A stretch of DNA of 64,000 bases, taken from Takakia lepidozioides (Eukaryota; Plantae; Bryophyta). Made by a program: the position numbers and the translations under genes. Positions 1 through 28,279 of the stretch are shown here, piece by piece. The stretch is taken from contig CM060732.1 of NCBI GenBank assembly GCA_030704615.1, positions 71,362,001 to 71,426,000 on the forward strand, in the 5' to 3' direction. Under the pieces are notes generated by a model, which ran no database searches, was not told the origin of the DNA, and saw only the letters and a program-made list of their open reading frames with translations. How positions within the stretch are numbered: the first letter of the stretch is position 1; every line of letters begins with the position of its first letter.

Positions 1-1647
1 AGCAAAAGTGGAATTGGGCTAGATATCATTCTGGAGAATACCCTTATTGACATGTATGCAAAATGTGGGAGCATAAAGGAGGCGCATCAACTATTTGACA
101 AAATGGCTACACGAGATGTGATCTCGTGGAATGCCATGATCACAGGTTCCGCTCAGCATGGGTTTGGTAGGGAGGCTTTCGAGTTCTATGAGCAAATGCA
201 ACTGGAGGGGGTGATGCCTGATAGGGTCACATTCATCTCCATTCTGAATGCATGTGACTGCTTAGGAGACCTGGACAAGGGCAAAGAGGTCCATGCTGCC
301 ATTCGCAAAGCCGGGATTGTCCCAGATATCATCTTAAAGACCGCCCTTGCTGACATGTACGCCAAATGTGGGAGTATGATGGATGCCCGTGAAGTGTTCG
401 ACAATATGGCTAAACGGGATGTGGTCTCATGGAACATCATGATTGCTGGTTATGCTCAGCATGGGTGTGCAAGGGAGGCTTTCGATATCTATGCCCAAAT
501 GCAATTGGCAGGGGTGACACCCGACAGGGTTACATTCATTTGCATTCTCAATGCCTGTGCCAGTCTAGGAGCCTTGGACAAGGGCAAAGAGGTCCATGCT
601 GAGATTTTGGAAGCTGGAATAGCTTCGTACATTAATCTGGAAAATACCCTTGTTAACATGTATGGCAAATGTGGGAGTGTACAGGATGCACGCCAAGTGT
701 TTGACAACATGGCTGAACGAAATGTGATCTCCTATAATGCGATGATAGCAGGCTATGCTCAGCATGGCTGTGGTAGGGAGGCACTGAAACTATTTGAACA
801 AATGCATCCGGAAGGCTTGAAGCCAGATGGTATCAGCTTTATTGCAATTCTCTCAGCATGTAGCCACATGGGCCTGGTGGATGATGGGTTTTGCTACTTC
901 AATTCCATGAATGGAGATTATGGTCTCACTCCTACAGTTGACCATTTCGGCTGCATGGTGGACCTTCTTGGGCGCGCAGGGCGATTGGATGAGGCTGAGG
1001 ACTTCATCAACAAAATGCCAATCGATGCAGATGCTTCAGTGTGGCGGCCATTGCTTGGTGCCTGCAGAATTCACGGTGATGTGGAACTAGCAGAGCGTGC
1101 AGCAGAAACCCTTCTGAAGTGGGATCCACAGCATGCTGCAACTTATGTGCTGCTATCAAACATCTATGCTGCTGCTGGCAGGTGGGATGGTAAAGCAAAG
1201 GTGAGACGAATGATGGAGGACAGAGGTGTCAGAAAGGAGCCAGGATGCAGCTGCATTGAGGTGAACAACCAGGTGCATACATTTGTTGTGGAAGACAAAT
1301 CCCATCCACAAATTGAGGAAGTCCATGCCGAGTTGAAGAGGTTGTCCGAGCAGCTGAAAGATGCTGGGTATGTGCCTGACACACGCTTTGTATTGCTTGA
1401 TCTGGAGGAGGAGCAAAAGGAATTTTCTCTTTGTCACCATAGTGAGAGGCTTGCCATTGCGTTTGGTCTCTTCAGCACACCCCCTGGAGCACCCATCCGC
1501 ATCATCAAGAACCTTCGGGTATGTGGTGACTGCCACATTGCCACAAAGTTCATCTCGAAGATTGTTGGGCGAGGTATTGTTCTACGGGATGCCAGCCGCT
1601 TTCACCACTTCCAAGATGGGGTTTGTTCTTGTGGGGATTACTGGTGA
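1..1647 (+). CDS. PLS-class pentatricopeptide repeat protein with E/E+ and DYW deaminase domain (organellar C-to-U RNA editing factor); 5' end outside window
   Basis: Repeated P-L-S motifs (MYAKCGS..A..VFD.M..RDVVSWN.MI.GYAQHG), PG box (RKEPGCSCIE), HSE...CGDCH zinc motif, C-terminal CSCGDYW. The frame is open from base 1 (SKSGIGLDIILENTLIDMYAK). No introns in the visible part. Confidence 0.96.
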   Translation, partial: SKSGIGLDIILENTLIDMYAKCGSIKEAHQLFDKMATRDVISWNAMITGSAQHGFGREAFEFYEQMQLEGVMPDRVTFISILNACDCLGDLDKGKEVHAAIRKAGIVPDIILKTALADMYAKCGSMMDAREVFDNMAKRDVVSWNIMIAGYAQHGCAREAFDIYAQMQLAGVTPDRVTFICILNACASLGALDKGKEVHAEILEAGIASYINLENTLVNMYGKCGSVQDARQVFDNMAERNVISYNAMIAGYAQHGCGREALKLFEQMHPEGLKPDGISFIAILSACSHMGLVDDGFCYFNSMNGDYGLTPTVDHFGCMVDLLGRAGRLDEAEDFINKMPIDADASVWRPLLGACRIHGDVELAERAAETLLKWDPQHAATYVLLSNIYAAAGRWDGKAKVRRMMEDRGVRKEPGCSCIEVNNQVHTFVVEDKSHPQIEEVHAELKRLSEQLKDAGYVPDTRFVLLDLEEEQKEFSLCHHSERLAIAFGLFSTPPGAPIRIIKNLRVCGDCHIATKFISKIVGRGIVLRDASRFHHFQDGVCSCGDYW

Positions 1648-4277
1648 AGCGCATGCAACATGAAAGAAACTGCGTAGGAAGATTATAACACCCAAAGCAG
1701 CAAATTGTCGTTCAAGGTGATAGTTGCACTTTCTGTCAGTTGACCATGGTGATGATGATGATGTTCATGTATCATTATCTGAATGGGAGTGAATTTAGAG
1801 TCCCTTTCTGAGAAGGATCTGTCAACAGATTGTGCAAGGATTTTTAAATCCTCCTGTTGTCGGGGTTGAAAGTTTTGTACCAGAACAGTATAAGGGGAAA
1901 GTGCTCAGAGGGTCATTTTTGTTGTACTGACTGGGTAAAAAATCGAGTTTCTCAGTACATGTACACCCATTCCTGCTGCTTCCACATCTTGAGACTTCTC
2001 CACTATTTAATATCATTGATGTTCCTCTGTCAGAGTTGAGCTCTCAGTTTTAAAGAACAATTAAAGGTGATCACCATACAATAGAAGTTAAGGGAGTCAA
2101 TATTTGTTTCCCTCTTGATGACACTATAAAGTGTGACAGTACAGGGCTCTCTTTTTCTATGTATTACCCAGATGCCGCAATAGCATTTAAAATATGCCAG
2201 GGTTCATGTCATGTGGAACCGCAGGGCCACTGTGGGTTTCAGCCTGGTAGGCTCCCTGAAATATCACCGAGGCTGGGAGGCCGAGGGAAATTTGAGGGCA
2301 GGCTGACAGGCTGAATCAAGTTAACATCCACACCATCCAACTCTTACTCAGAAATTCCGAAGAATCTATAAATGGATTTCAAGTGGATTTCTGGAATTTC
2401 AGGGTAGCTTCTGTCCAGGAATCCCTGACTAGATTACAAAAGGAAAACGCACCTGCCATGGATTACGTTTCTGCAGATTTGCTTGCTCCTCAGCTGTTTT
2501 GCTCCCACCAGTTTAGATTGCAACATCAAAAAGAAATTTGCAGTCTGCATGCTAGCCTAACACCTCACAAATATACCTTCCTCCAAGAGAGACATCATGC
2601 AGCAAATGTATGGCTCTTCTATGCGATTCAATGTACCCGGATTTACTTCAGAGGCAGGCCTCAGAGGCAGGTTTGTGCTGGTTAACAAGGACCTTCACAG
2701 GCTACGACGCCAACCAAGCAAATGGTTGTGAGAACTTCCCAACTACAGGGAGATCATGGCGTGCTTGAGAGCCAAGACTAAAGCCTTCATGCTTATTAAT
2801 GTCCATCAGAAAGATGTACCCATATCAGAAAACCACAAGTTGAAGCAATTTACCCGCAATCATTTTATACATGCACACAGGAAAGACATGATGTATTATT
2901 TGCCTAACTGTAATGGCTTTGCAGTTGTCTGATTGTCAGATTTCTCTTCCCATTCTTTAGGTTCATGGAATTGGCAGGGAGGCTTGGCAGAGCCTCTTGG
3001 CTTACCACAATCAGCTTCTGCTGCTGCAGCAGACTCCCTACCTAACGATGTGGCTTCTCAACTCCTACAGAACAATGATAGGGGAAGAACGGAGGACAGG
3101 AATACAACCACTGGCACTCAGAACACAGACTAATGGAGAACTTAGATCAGGAGATACACAGTAAAGTTTGAACTAGTTGAACATGCAGAAGATGGTGCTC
3201 GACATTGGAACTCACAAATGTGGGCACCAAAGCTTTGAACTTCAAGTACAACAAAACGGTCGGGGAAAAAGAGGGAGATATCCAAGAAAGGAATTGGGGC
3301 TCTGATACCATTTCAAGAATGGACATAACCCATGGCAACACTGTAACATCATTCATCTAGATGGATTGTCTAACCATTTTAAACTTCCATTACTTCTTTT
3401 ATTCGGGACGTTATGAAGTACCATTCATTTGATTTGATTTCCTAACCCTGACTCACCTTATGCATCCCACATAATCAATTTTTATGAGAAATAACAATCA
3501 GGAAGAACAAGCCATTTGTTCCAATGAAGTGGCCTCTGGATTGGTCATAGGTTATCATGTGCTTCCTACTGCTTTAAGGGCCTCCTGTCTCCAACTTCTT
3601 CTATCTCCATATATTGCAGACCTGGCTGTTTTACCACCCACAGGACTCGGGAGATTGAAAAGAGTAATGTCAAATTTGTAGATGATATATTCACACTGCG
3701 GATCCACGAAAGAAACACTGGAGTTGTAGGCATTCTGGGGATGTGCAGAAGGATGTTAGTGTGGCTCGCAGCTCACCAAGTAGAAGTGGTCCTCCAAGAG
3801 TCTGCAGCACGCCAACAGAAGAACACTGGACCATGGTTGGAGTGGGAAATAGCATGTGCTCTTCTTGACTGCAAGTAGCACAAGTACAACGATAATCAGT
3901 AGGCTTGACTTACCAAGACCCAGACCCAGATCTAAAAAGAGAGGAAGTGCAATATTCAACGAAGTACTCTCGCTAGATACAACATCTGTCATGATACTAG
4001 ACAACTTGACATTTTGGATCAGAGTATTTTGTAAAATGGGTTTCAAACCATTCAGTTCTATGCTTTTCTAAACAACCTTTGAGTACTACAAATCAGTTGT
4101 GGCAATCACGCCCATTATTCCTCATAGCTATACCTTCTCTTAAACACTCTCATTATCTCAAGACTACAGTGGTGTCGATCCCTCTTCACCTCAGACCTCC
4201 CCGATCTCTCCCTCTCCAACCTGCAATCTCAATGCCTCTCCCACACTCCCTCTATCCTCTCCCCCTCCGCAGCCACG

Positions 4278-4670
4278 ATGCTGCAAGGTGAATTTTCGGA
4301 TCTGGAACTAGGGGCGGCCCTCAACAAATTGCAAAACAACAAATCTCCTGGAATTGATGGTCTATCAGTGGAATTCTACAAAGCTCTTTGGACCGACATC
4401 TCCCAGGACTTTACCGACATGGCAAACCATCTATTCTCCATGCAATCCATGCCGCCTTGTATGTCCCAGGGGGTCATCACCCTGATCTTCAAAAAAGGGG
4501 ACAGATCTAATGTTTCCAATTACAGGCCCATCACGCTCCTCAACGTCGCATACAAAATAATAGCAAAAGTTCTGGCTATGAGTCTACAGACCTTGTTGCC
4601 TTCTCTAATTAGACCCAACCAATCTGGCTTCAAAAAGGGTAGATACATTCTGGACAACCTCCTACAAGAA
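4278..4670 (+). mobile_element. L1-type LINE reverse transcriptase fragment
   Basis: KSPGIDGLSVEFYK...GVITLIFKKGD...NYRPITLLNVAYKIIAKVLA...QSGF..GRYILDN is the N-terminal part of LINE ORF2 RT. Confidence 0.88.
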
Positions 4671-4864
4671 AAGAATGGGGCGCTCCACAAGTAGCCAGAA
4701 ACAACTATTGATCAAGGGAAAGTCTAAGAGTCAATGTCTCATGCAGATATGCTGCTACAATTCTGATCCTTATGATGGAACAATTCTGAGAGATTGGCTA
4801 TCACAGAACTTTATGATTTCAATGGGAAGATCATGAGCTTATGGAGCAAAAGAAAGCAAGATTT

Positions 4865-4925
4865 AAGCAATGAAATGAATGAAATGAAATGGTACTTTAT
4901 GACGTCCGAGGAAAGCTCAACAAAA
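4865..4925 (-). repeat. Dispersed short repeat GAGCTTTCC.CGGACGT.ATAAAGTACCATTT with (CATTT)n tail; probable LINE/SINE 3' end
   Basis: Related copies at about 3403-3440 (+), 13655-13700 (+) and 13727-13770 (+). Confidence 0.55.
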
Positions 4926-6381
4926 CAAAGTGGGGCTCTCAAACAACCAGCCGAAAAAACAACTCGTCATCAAGAGATTCTCTATGATGTAAAGACTCAT
5001 GCAGACATACTGCCAGGCATTTGTGATCCTTCTTATGAAAGACCTCAGCAAAGTATTGGCTGTCCCGGAATAGGCAAAGGTTGAGAGAAAAGGTAGTCCT
5101 CATTCTTGATTTGTCGGATGAGTAGTCCAAACCAGCCTAGGTTTTGGGAAGGTACCTGTCAAAGTTGTGACTGAACCGTCCATGAACCATCCCTGCTCTC
5201 TGCAAAGCACCTTTGCCCCTCAAATAAGAAGAGTGAACTGGTCCTCAGGGGGAAGTATCAACAAAGCTCCTGACATGCCATTTTAATGAGTTGAGCTACA
5301 CGGAGAACTAGGAGAACTCATGTAAAGGACACCAGCTTTGGAAAAGCTACATGCCAGTTCTTTCTGAAACTTTTGTTCTATCCAGCCCAGGCTTGAGTAT
5401 GGTGCAAGATTCAAATCCAGAAAAATCCAGGCCTGAGTGAGCCCATGCAGATACATGTGCTACATCACAAAGCCCACAGGTCTGTTCAGGCGGGCACATT
5501 TTTTGAAAGAAAAACCGTCTAAGACAGCCACTTGTGGCCTCTGTCAGGTCAGCAAGGACAAGTTTTGATACTTCACTCATGGAGAGGATCACTAGGGCTA
5601 ACTCTCAACACCCCCTCCATCAAGATACATGAGAGAATAAATCATGGACGTCCTCCCACATTTTCCATCCCCTCGAGAGACTGTCCCTTTAGTGGAGGAG
5701 ATATCTTGTCAATCAATCGGCATGCATCTATCAAGGACGTTTGGCACCAGCAGTCCCCCAGGAATGCCTTGCTGTGAAGGCCCTATCATAGTTTCCAACT
5801 AGTGCTGCAGCAAGATCGCTCAGCAGTCAGAAAGTCCCGGGCTGCAGGATTGGTTCCCCATCTCCTCCTGCCAGTCCAAAAACACATAAGAGCATTAAAA
5901 TCTAGAATGCCTATTCTTCCAACACCCAGCCACCCACTTCAATCCAGCAGAACAGTTATCCTAGGCTCTACCCTTTCACACCAGATGGTTCTGGCAAAGT
6001 GTGCAAGAGAAACATACACTTCTGAGATGGAGAACATCCTATCATAAGACACTAAAACTGTCCAACCATAACCAGGGTTAACATCTCCCACATACCCCCA
6101 CCCAATTATTGGAGGTACTCCTGGGATGACCGGAGATCTTCTGTCAACTCCCAAGCTGTTCGACTTAAGCTAATCAAAGCAAATACATGAGGAAGTTGTT
6201 GAAGACCAGCACAGACAGTCCCATTTTAGTTGGGGTATTTCCATGTTGTTGTAGATAGAGTCACATCAAGTCATACAATGACATAGCAACAAAACGACAA
6301 ATGTCGAGTTGTCACCTGAATGAGGTAGCATAAGCCAAGCATGATCTAGAGCTCTACCTTTCTTTCCGGAATGATGTTGAG

Positions 6382-20702
<14,321 letters not shown>

Positions 20703-22740
20703 CCTTCCGAATCGTTCAGAATCTGCAAGATCATTGCATGGAAACATCAACTTGCATTCAACAGGTAAGATCTATCTCCAAGGGAACAGTAAGTCCAATA
20801 TGGACAAACAAAGTATCTCAACCTACGCATTTCATCTCTTGATTGGTAACTTTCTCCCCTCCCAGAAAAATCTGTTTTAATGGATATGAGCGCCATGATT
20901 CGAGACAACGAGCTTGTTCAAAATGTCATCCATGGAACACGTTGCCACATTCAATTGATCAATCTCAATGGTGTATGATACTTGGAAGAGCTGTGTTCAG
21001 GCTACATATGTGGCATGCCAAACTCCTTGGACTAAGGGCGGGTTGTGTACTTGTGAAGATATTGGGGTTTATGGTCAAATCCTCAGAACCAAATTCAGTT
21101 AACGTCGGCCAGACCTTAGATTCTCCCTTCCTTCAGTTATTTTTTCTAAAATTATGCTCACACAAGGTCCGACTTTTCAATCCATTCAATATCTTCAAGG
21201 CGCCCCCTCTGTCACACAAATCTCCTTTTCCCTTAAGCTCCAAACTCCGCCCCCATTGTACATACGACTTAGACAGTTCACTGTACTCCTGGCTCCATCT
21301 AATGAGGTTGAGCCTCCTGTATGGTCCTCCTGGCTCCATCAATCTGATACAACAGGAGCGAAGACGTTGTCTTTTCTCAACCCCATCCCGTGCATATTGA
21401 TGAGCTCCCCTCACAAATACAGAGGCGCCACGCACTCTAGAAGAAATTCACTCCCTTTCCTTCTTCCTCTCTCTTGTACCCATACACGCTCATCAATCAC
21501 GCGACCAATACCTCGCGAAGCCCTTAGCTGCATACTCCGTCCATGAAACCTCCAGCTCCCCAACGACTCCTCTGGTAGCTGCCACAGCATCTGATTAATG
21601 TGACCTTTATCCAATCAAGTTCGCGGTTTACTGACCAACATACGCCAGAACAATATTATGTCCTCACTTCCCTTTACGCCTTCCACCTCGATTCTGACCG
21701 TCATAGCTCCCGGATCTCCACACCACATACCACAGTCTACGGAATCAACAAACTACACGCGCAAGCGATGAGAAAATCAGAAATTCTCATCAAGCTTGAA
21801 AGATATCGCCTAGAAGTGAGATGCCTCATTGAAATCCAGCCTGCCGAAGACTTGAAGCTCCGCGATAAGCTCACAAAAGGAAGAGAGAGATGGTGTGCAA
21901 AGAGAGACAAGGGAGCGCAGACTAGTCAATGCGCCCCAACCCCCCCCCCCCCCGCGCACCCCGCCTCTACCTCCAGCCCCACCCTTTCTCCGAACCAAAC
22001 CTCGCGCCCCGCCGCGGTTCCGAGCCTCCGGCCAGATCCCGAACCTATGGCCGCCTTCACGTATCTGACGGTTAAGATGCTTTCGGGCGCTTCTGTCAAC
22101 GGCCACCGACTCTCCCGCCGTCATGCACGACTTTGGACGACTTTGGATGTGTGACCGGCGCTGGATGGACGAACGAACGAAAGAATCCGTTCCCCATGCG
22201 GACGACAGAATGTTGGACGCGCGCCCGCGGCGGGGCTGGGGCTAAATTGACCCCTACCCTGCGGACGACATGGTATGTACATATATAGGAAACGTAGGTA
22301 GGTAGGTAGGTAGGTTAGTGGTGGGTACCTTCCGTATTCTCCAGCCTGACTCGTTGATCAAGACCACGCTGCTGCATCCCGATTCCCGAGGAAGGAAAAG
22401 AATAGTGAGGACTGAGGAGCATTCATTGTGAAGCTCACCGTACAAATGAAACGGGGTAAAAGTCAGTGGCTGGAGATACATGCTGGACAAACAGCCGGGA
22501 ACGTGGTCTTGAACTGGCCCAGTCAAGCAAGGAATTCAATGCATAGAATGAGGATGCACATAATTCAACAGTCTCTGCGACTGTAGACAGTGTACAGTGT
22601 AGAGGTGTTAGTGGCAGGGAGTCAGTGATGTCTTTGATAAGCCTGCACCCTCTTCTGACCCAACCTGCCCCGCATGAAGACTACGTGATGATGTGCAGGC
22701 TCAAATACACTTTACAGCTGATCTTTTGTCTCTTTAAATT

Positions 22741-23130
22741 CCTTTTTTTGAGAAGGGGACGAAACCCCCGAAATTGATTGATAAGAGCGGTGGCAAAAAT
22801 AACCACCCAAGGCCGTGAAGGCTTACAGAGGGCAAACTACAAACTACCCCGGAACCAATCTAACCAGCAGAATACAAACTAAGTTTACAAGCAAGAAGTC
22901 ACGAGAAGAAAAAACCGAGAAAGCAGCCAAGACGAGGCCAGCGACGGAAAGAAACGGGTGCAGGGACAACCCACAGAGCAGCCACCGAGCAACGCACAGA
23001 GCGAAACAGAACCAGAAGTTCGCCGAGAAAGTGCCAGGATGTGCAGGAACAGTAGGGAGAAGGAGCAGTCCCAAGGAGTGAGAACAACTAAGTAGAGGTA
23101 ACTGAGAAGGCCGAGTAGAAGTGGCGATGT
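22741..23130 (-). mobile_element. Probable 3' end of an L1-like LINE
   Basis: On the minus strand it ends TCAATCAATTTCGGGGGTTTCGTCCCCTTCTCAAAAAAA (small hairpin plus A tail). No diagnostic protein motif. Confidence 0.35.
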
Positions 23131-26100
23131 CAAGTTGCCTTTACAGCTAGAGTGGACTCACAATGCCCCTTTTTCTTAATTTCCAATTCAGATTTGAGAT
23201 GCAACCTTGAACTCTGCGGACCCAACGCTATTAGAGAGCAGGTGCACAGTGGGATAGCAAGGATATAATCCAAATAATTTGCTTCGAAAGTCCGAAGGCA
23301 GTAGGTACTTTTGACAGGTAAGCAGCAGAGCTCATTAGGTGCATAGAGAGTGTATTCAGTTTCACATGCAGGGAATATAGACCACTGACACTCGCAGACC
23401 GTACTGTACATGCTTGGACGACAGTCGCGGAGGTGCTTTCCTCTATGTTCAGTCTCAGTCACCTCGAGCGTGATCATAGTTGACAGTTGACAACCCGATC
23501 TACTGGTTACATGATGCACAGTCATTAAAGGTCTCGCGTCCTTCTACTCCTCGGTCCTAACGATTTTCGGAAAGTTTAGACGGAGGTAGATATCTCCTGC
23601 TTAGTGGAGAGTCTTCCCTCTTTCCCCTGGAGGCTCTCTTGGAATGCGGCATGACGTTCTAGGGGATTCGGGAATGACCTTCATAAAATAGCTTCTAGCT
23701 TAATTAGACATTATATTGTTGTACAAAGTCCCGCTCGAGTCTGTACTGGAAGTTCTTGAACATATCAGTACTCTATCTAGAGAGATCATTGACAGAGACG
23801 AGAGCCATGAGCTCTAGGCCTTTTTCCGGGCAACCCTTGGGAAGACCATATAAACACATCGACGGTGAAAAATAATCTAGCCTAGAGATAGCCAGAGTAG
23901 AATCTAAACGTGATCCCATCAAAGAACAATACGAGAAGCAAAAACTCGTTTTAAATAATATTAAATTCTCAGCAATTGCATCCTTTTGGGGAAGGGGGCA
24001 CTGTCAGAATGCCAAAGTGACAAGGCAGGGAGCTGTGGGGTCTGCATGCTTGCTTTGGCCGGATTGCACGCTGATGTTGTGTTGATCGTCTCCTATTTGT
24101 CTCTTAGATTTCCAGACGGAGCTAGAGGAAGTCCCTCTAAGAGAGAGTACGTGACTGTGTGTGTTTTTCAATGGACTCTAGAGAGCATGACATGAGCCAC
24201 ACCTAGAGTCTTCTGGGGCCCCACAAATAATCTTTGTCCTTGCACATTCAAGGTTTCATTTGAGAGGGCCCAGCCCATCAAGAGCGAGCGACTTCGCTTT
24301 CCAGTCTAGAGCCTCGACGAGCTGGAGCGTTCATGCTGACTTTAGAACTGTGGCTTCAAGGGTCCGCTAAAACAAGTTACACCGGAATCTGATATTATAA
24401 CAATCTATGCTCACACCGGATGACGCCTACTGTGATTTACAGACTACTTGACCCAGGCAATCGCCAATATTCCCAACTATATGACGTCCTACGTCGTATA
24501 CAAGTTGAGCGCAAGTGATAGCCTACACAGTCGAGAGCAGACGTGCACGAAACCATAGATTTCAATGTACAGTAATACAGACTAATAATCTACAGTGTTA
24601 CAACTAAATTCCGGTAACAATACGATACGGCGAATCTGAGTTGTAGCATACAGGGCTCAGTTACTTGCGGTGAGAGGCGTGAGGACTAATCATGAGCGTT
24701 TAGTAGCTCGAGGTTTTGCCGCCGCGCACCTCGTCTCGTGTTAGAGATCCGCAGCCATAATAGTTTAGAAGTGAGAAGTGTCTTAGTACTACTTGACAGG
24801 CCTGTGCTTCAGCAGAGAACTGTACTCCACGGTGGGTGATCTTGGCTTCTCTCTGGGTAGCGATTTGTCTTCAACACCATCTGAGCACCATCTGCAGTTA
24901 GTTAGAGAACTCACAATTTCGCACGCTCGTTTTTCTACACGGTGTTCATGTAGGTGGGAATGTAACTATTTCTCTAAAGTGAGATTGATCATTGAAACTC
25001 AGACTTGCTTTCTCACCATCGGAGAAACTATGACAGAGGAGCTACCAGAACGGAATGGGGATACAAGAACTCGGCGGCCAGCTCATCTTCCTTGGGTGGG
25101 TCTGTAGGATATTCAAAGCACCAACAAGTAACTAAGCTCTATCGGTCTGCGGAAACTGCAAGGAGAGGAGAACAATGCAGCCCGTCAGACCCATGCATGC
25201 AGTATTTGTTTCAGGTACAGCATGCAGTCTAGTGTTGTAAGACTGAAAGTCAACCATATGGTAAGGCGTTTTCGTGTCAGTTGTTGTTACAGTACTGTAC
25301 GAACTCGTTCTAAATTTTCCAAGGGTATACTGATGCACAATGAAATTACTGCCAGGGTTGCATTCTCACTGCTGGACAACCCCTCACATTTGAAAAGGAG
25401 GAGCTCAAAGAAGCTCTCTGCACAACATTGTGGCAGCATGTGCTGCGATATATCATTACATAGTGGCAGTGACATCAACAACTGTGAATCTACTACATAA
25501 GTATGATCACCTATCTGAACAGCCCGCGGATCTGGTGGCCCTGGCTGAGGAGAAGTATTACTAAAAGGTTGAACCAGGAAAAGCTATGATACCCACCTGA
25601 ATTGTTATATGTCCTGCAAACATGAAGGCAATGCTTGTGCCAAGAGTGAGCACCTGGGCACCAAAGCCATTCTGCAATAGAGGTCCTACAGAAAGCTGAG
25701 TGCTCAACAACAAAGTTCTTTATCATGAAAAGAAACAAACAAACTTTATGACGGCCATAGGAAGCTCAAAGAGCATGTGAGACAGAATGCTGCACTTCAT
25801 CTTTTGAGATGAAACAGGCTTACTAACTTAGACTACAGGTCTCTTCTTCCAAAATCTTCCAACTATATGGTTCTAGTCTAGACGTAGACATGGTTATTGG
25901 CATCTTCGAAATCTATCTAGCCATACCAAAACAATCCAAGTTGCGAGATTTCCTTCCCGTGGGGTGCTTCAGTTGCACTTGCAGTTCCCAACCACTCACA
26001 CAATCGGAGCTCATGTAGCGATGCCGGTGGACAAGATACACTAGTTCGCCAAGAGACAAGCACATTTTGCGCTCACCCTGATTAGAAAAGCAACTGGCAC

Positions 26101-26739
26101 CACACGGCGTACGACTTAGTGTTGAGCCGACTTGTGAGGGTTGGTAAAACTGACCTTTTCCTGCCTCTAACTCTCTACTCACAACACCGCTCTCACTCTG
26201 GAAATCGCTCGTGATTGACTCATGCTACTATTTCTTCCCAACTCACATATAGGAATGTTTCGTTAGTTACCGGGGAAGTTACGCTACGCCCTCGTTCGCA
26301 AACCTCAAAGGGCGGAAGTGCCGATGGGGGACAGTGAGTAAAGATTTTCCAACTTTTTTCTTTTCAGCTTATTTCTTTTATGATAGAGCTACTGATAGAT
26401 AGACTCAATCGTCGGAGGAAAAAGACAAGAAACAAAGAAATAGAAAGATAAAAATAAAAATAAAAAATAGGCCCAGCGGGCAGCCTTACAGGGAAATCCC
26501 CCGTACCATATCTTGTGCGGGATATGTCTTAAGGGGAACTTCCCTGTAAGACCCCGCATAGGGGAAACTCTGCTCTAGGAGATCGCTAGAAACACAAAAA
26601 AAAAAAAGCTGGAAATCCTTACGATTCCCACAGGTTTCACAAATCTAAGGGAGTCCCACCCTTCAGAAATTCCTAAAGACGGAATGCACTAGGCTTGTTA
26701 GGAAAACAGAAACTCTCAACTTCTGCCACACACACACTA

Positions 26740-26741
<2 letters not shown>

Positions 26742-26772
<31 letters not shown>
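26742..26772. repeat. (CT)n microsatellite
   Basis: Direct reading. Confidence 0.95.
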
Positions 26773-26774
<2 letters not shown>

Positions 26775-27167
26775 CCGTAAACTGAGATTCTACTTCTTCC
26801 AAGAAAGCACGTGACATCAATCAATCGTCTCTTGACTTCAGATAGAGGCATTTCCTTAGCATGCAGGCGGTGTGATACCCTTCCCGTCCAAGCTCCCTGC
26901 AGAGCTTTGTCTACTTTGGATTTCTGCTCAGCGGCATCTCCGACTTTGCTGTACACCTTCTTATTCGACTCCCGAGCTGTAATCTCTTGGATCTGTGTCA
27001 CCCAGTATGTAGATGATGTGTGGAAGATCGTAGAAATGAGGTAAGAACTTAATGCACACTTGCCACCTCTCACTGGATGATACGTCGGTTCTTGGCATGT
27101 CAAATTTTCCCCACCCACTCTTGAGAGTGACATAGAACTGAAGAAGTGTAAACCTGTAAACTCCAGT

Positions 27168-27263
27168 CGGGTAACACAATGTGGAGTGAAATTCCACTTC
27201 GGGTTACACAATGTGGAGTGAAATTCCACTTCGGGTTACACAATGTGGAGTGAAATTCCACTT
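27168..27263. repeat. 3 x 32-bp tandem repeat (CGGGTTACACAATGTGGAGTGAAATTCCACTT)
   Basis: Three head-to-tail units with an internal GTGGA..TCCAC palindrome and no spacers. Confidence 0.9.
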
Positions 27264-28059
27264 CCGGTGTAACTCCAGTTGGGGTTACACCATGGGGTGT
27301 GTAACTCCACAAAGTGGGTGGGGAGGATTAGACAAGGGCCCAAGAGCCCAGAATCCTCCGAAGGAATCCAATAAAAGTACCGTCAGATGGCACGACTGCA
27401 TTAAGCTCCAACCTCATTCCTAGTGTTCTAGGTCCTACTACAAAATACTGTTGGTCCTACTTAGAGAGAGAAGACTCCGGCCTTCGCCAGCCTAACTAAG
27501 AGCCACACATGCTGGCCAAGTGTTCTTTTTTGCTAGGTAGCCCTACCTTTTTTGTGACTTTTTTGTTTTTTTTACTTTCACTGTCACACAACTTTGAGAA
27601 AATCCCTTTCGCATGACATGTTGACAGATTTTTGACCTCACACAATTTTGTCATATGAAATACGAAAAATGAAAAGAAGTGTGAACTTCTTACAACTACA
27701 ATTAGTGAGCTCCAGTCCGTGAATACATATGGTATTGTCTTTACTATTTTCATGGGTTCCAACCCAAACATGTAGCATTCATACCACTTATTCTCTAACT
27801 ATAAGACTTTAGCATTTTTAACCTCTTCATACCTAGCCCCAAGCCTCTCTTCTCTCAGAGATATTTTCTTGGCTTATCACTGAGCTAGGAAATACAATAT
27901 GCCAGTTCATTGTAAGTTTGTAAGTAAAGATTTTGAGTCATGCAGTGTTGAATTAGGTGCAGTTGTTTGAATATGGCACCTCCTCCACAACGAATACTTT
28001 TGAAACAGGATCAGAAGAGGGACTCAAGAAGAATTTTCTGGCACTGTTGTGGCTGTGGT

Positions 28060-28279
28060 ACACAGTGTAAGGGAGAACAAGTCAAACAGGCACTGCACGT
28101 TTTGAACCAGCAATTCATTTTGGCTGCTAGACTCCAGTACTTAATTGTGCATTTTACAAGGGTGTATCAAGAGTAAAGACCTAGAAATGGGAAAGCAAGT
28201 GCATGCCCACATTATCCAAAATGGATCCGAGCCAAATATCCATCTACTCAACACCCCTGTCAAAAGAAAAAAAAAAAAC
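28060..28279 (+). pseudogene. N-terminal PPR gene fragment ending in an A-run
   Basis: CKGEQVKQALHVL... then CILQGCIKSKDLEMGKQVHAHIIQNGSEPNIHLLNT (L-type PPR motif), followed by AAAAGAAAAAAAAAAAA. Confidence 0.7.

Noticed and set aside
1420-1647. Reverse (U-to-C) editing DYW variant
   Set aside because: The canonical PG box, HSE motif and DYW terminus indicate an ordinary C-to-U type.
3299-3310. tRNA-Met primer-binding site TGGTATCAGAGC (minus strand)
   Set aside because: No recognisable LTR pair or gag nearby; at most an isolated relic.
20843-22154. 185-aa and 184-aa ORFs as host genes
   Set aside because: No recognisable domain; probably decayed LINE or low-complexity sequence.
27168-27263. 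CRISPR-like 32-bp palindromic repeats
   Set aside because: No spacers, no cas genes and a eukaryotic context; these are subterminal repeats of a TIR.
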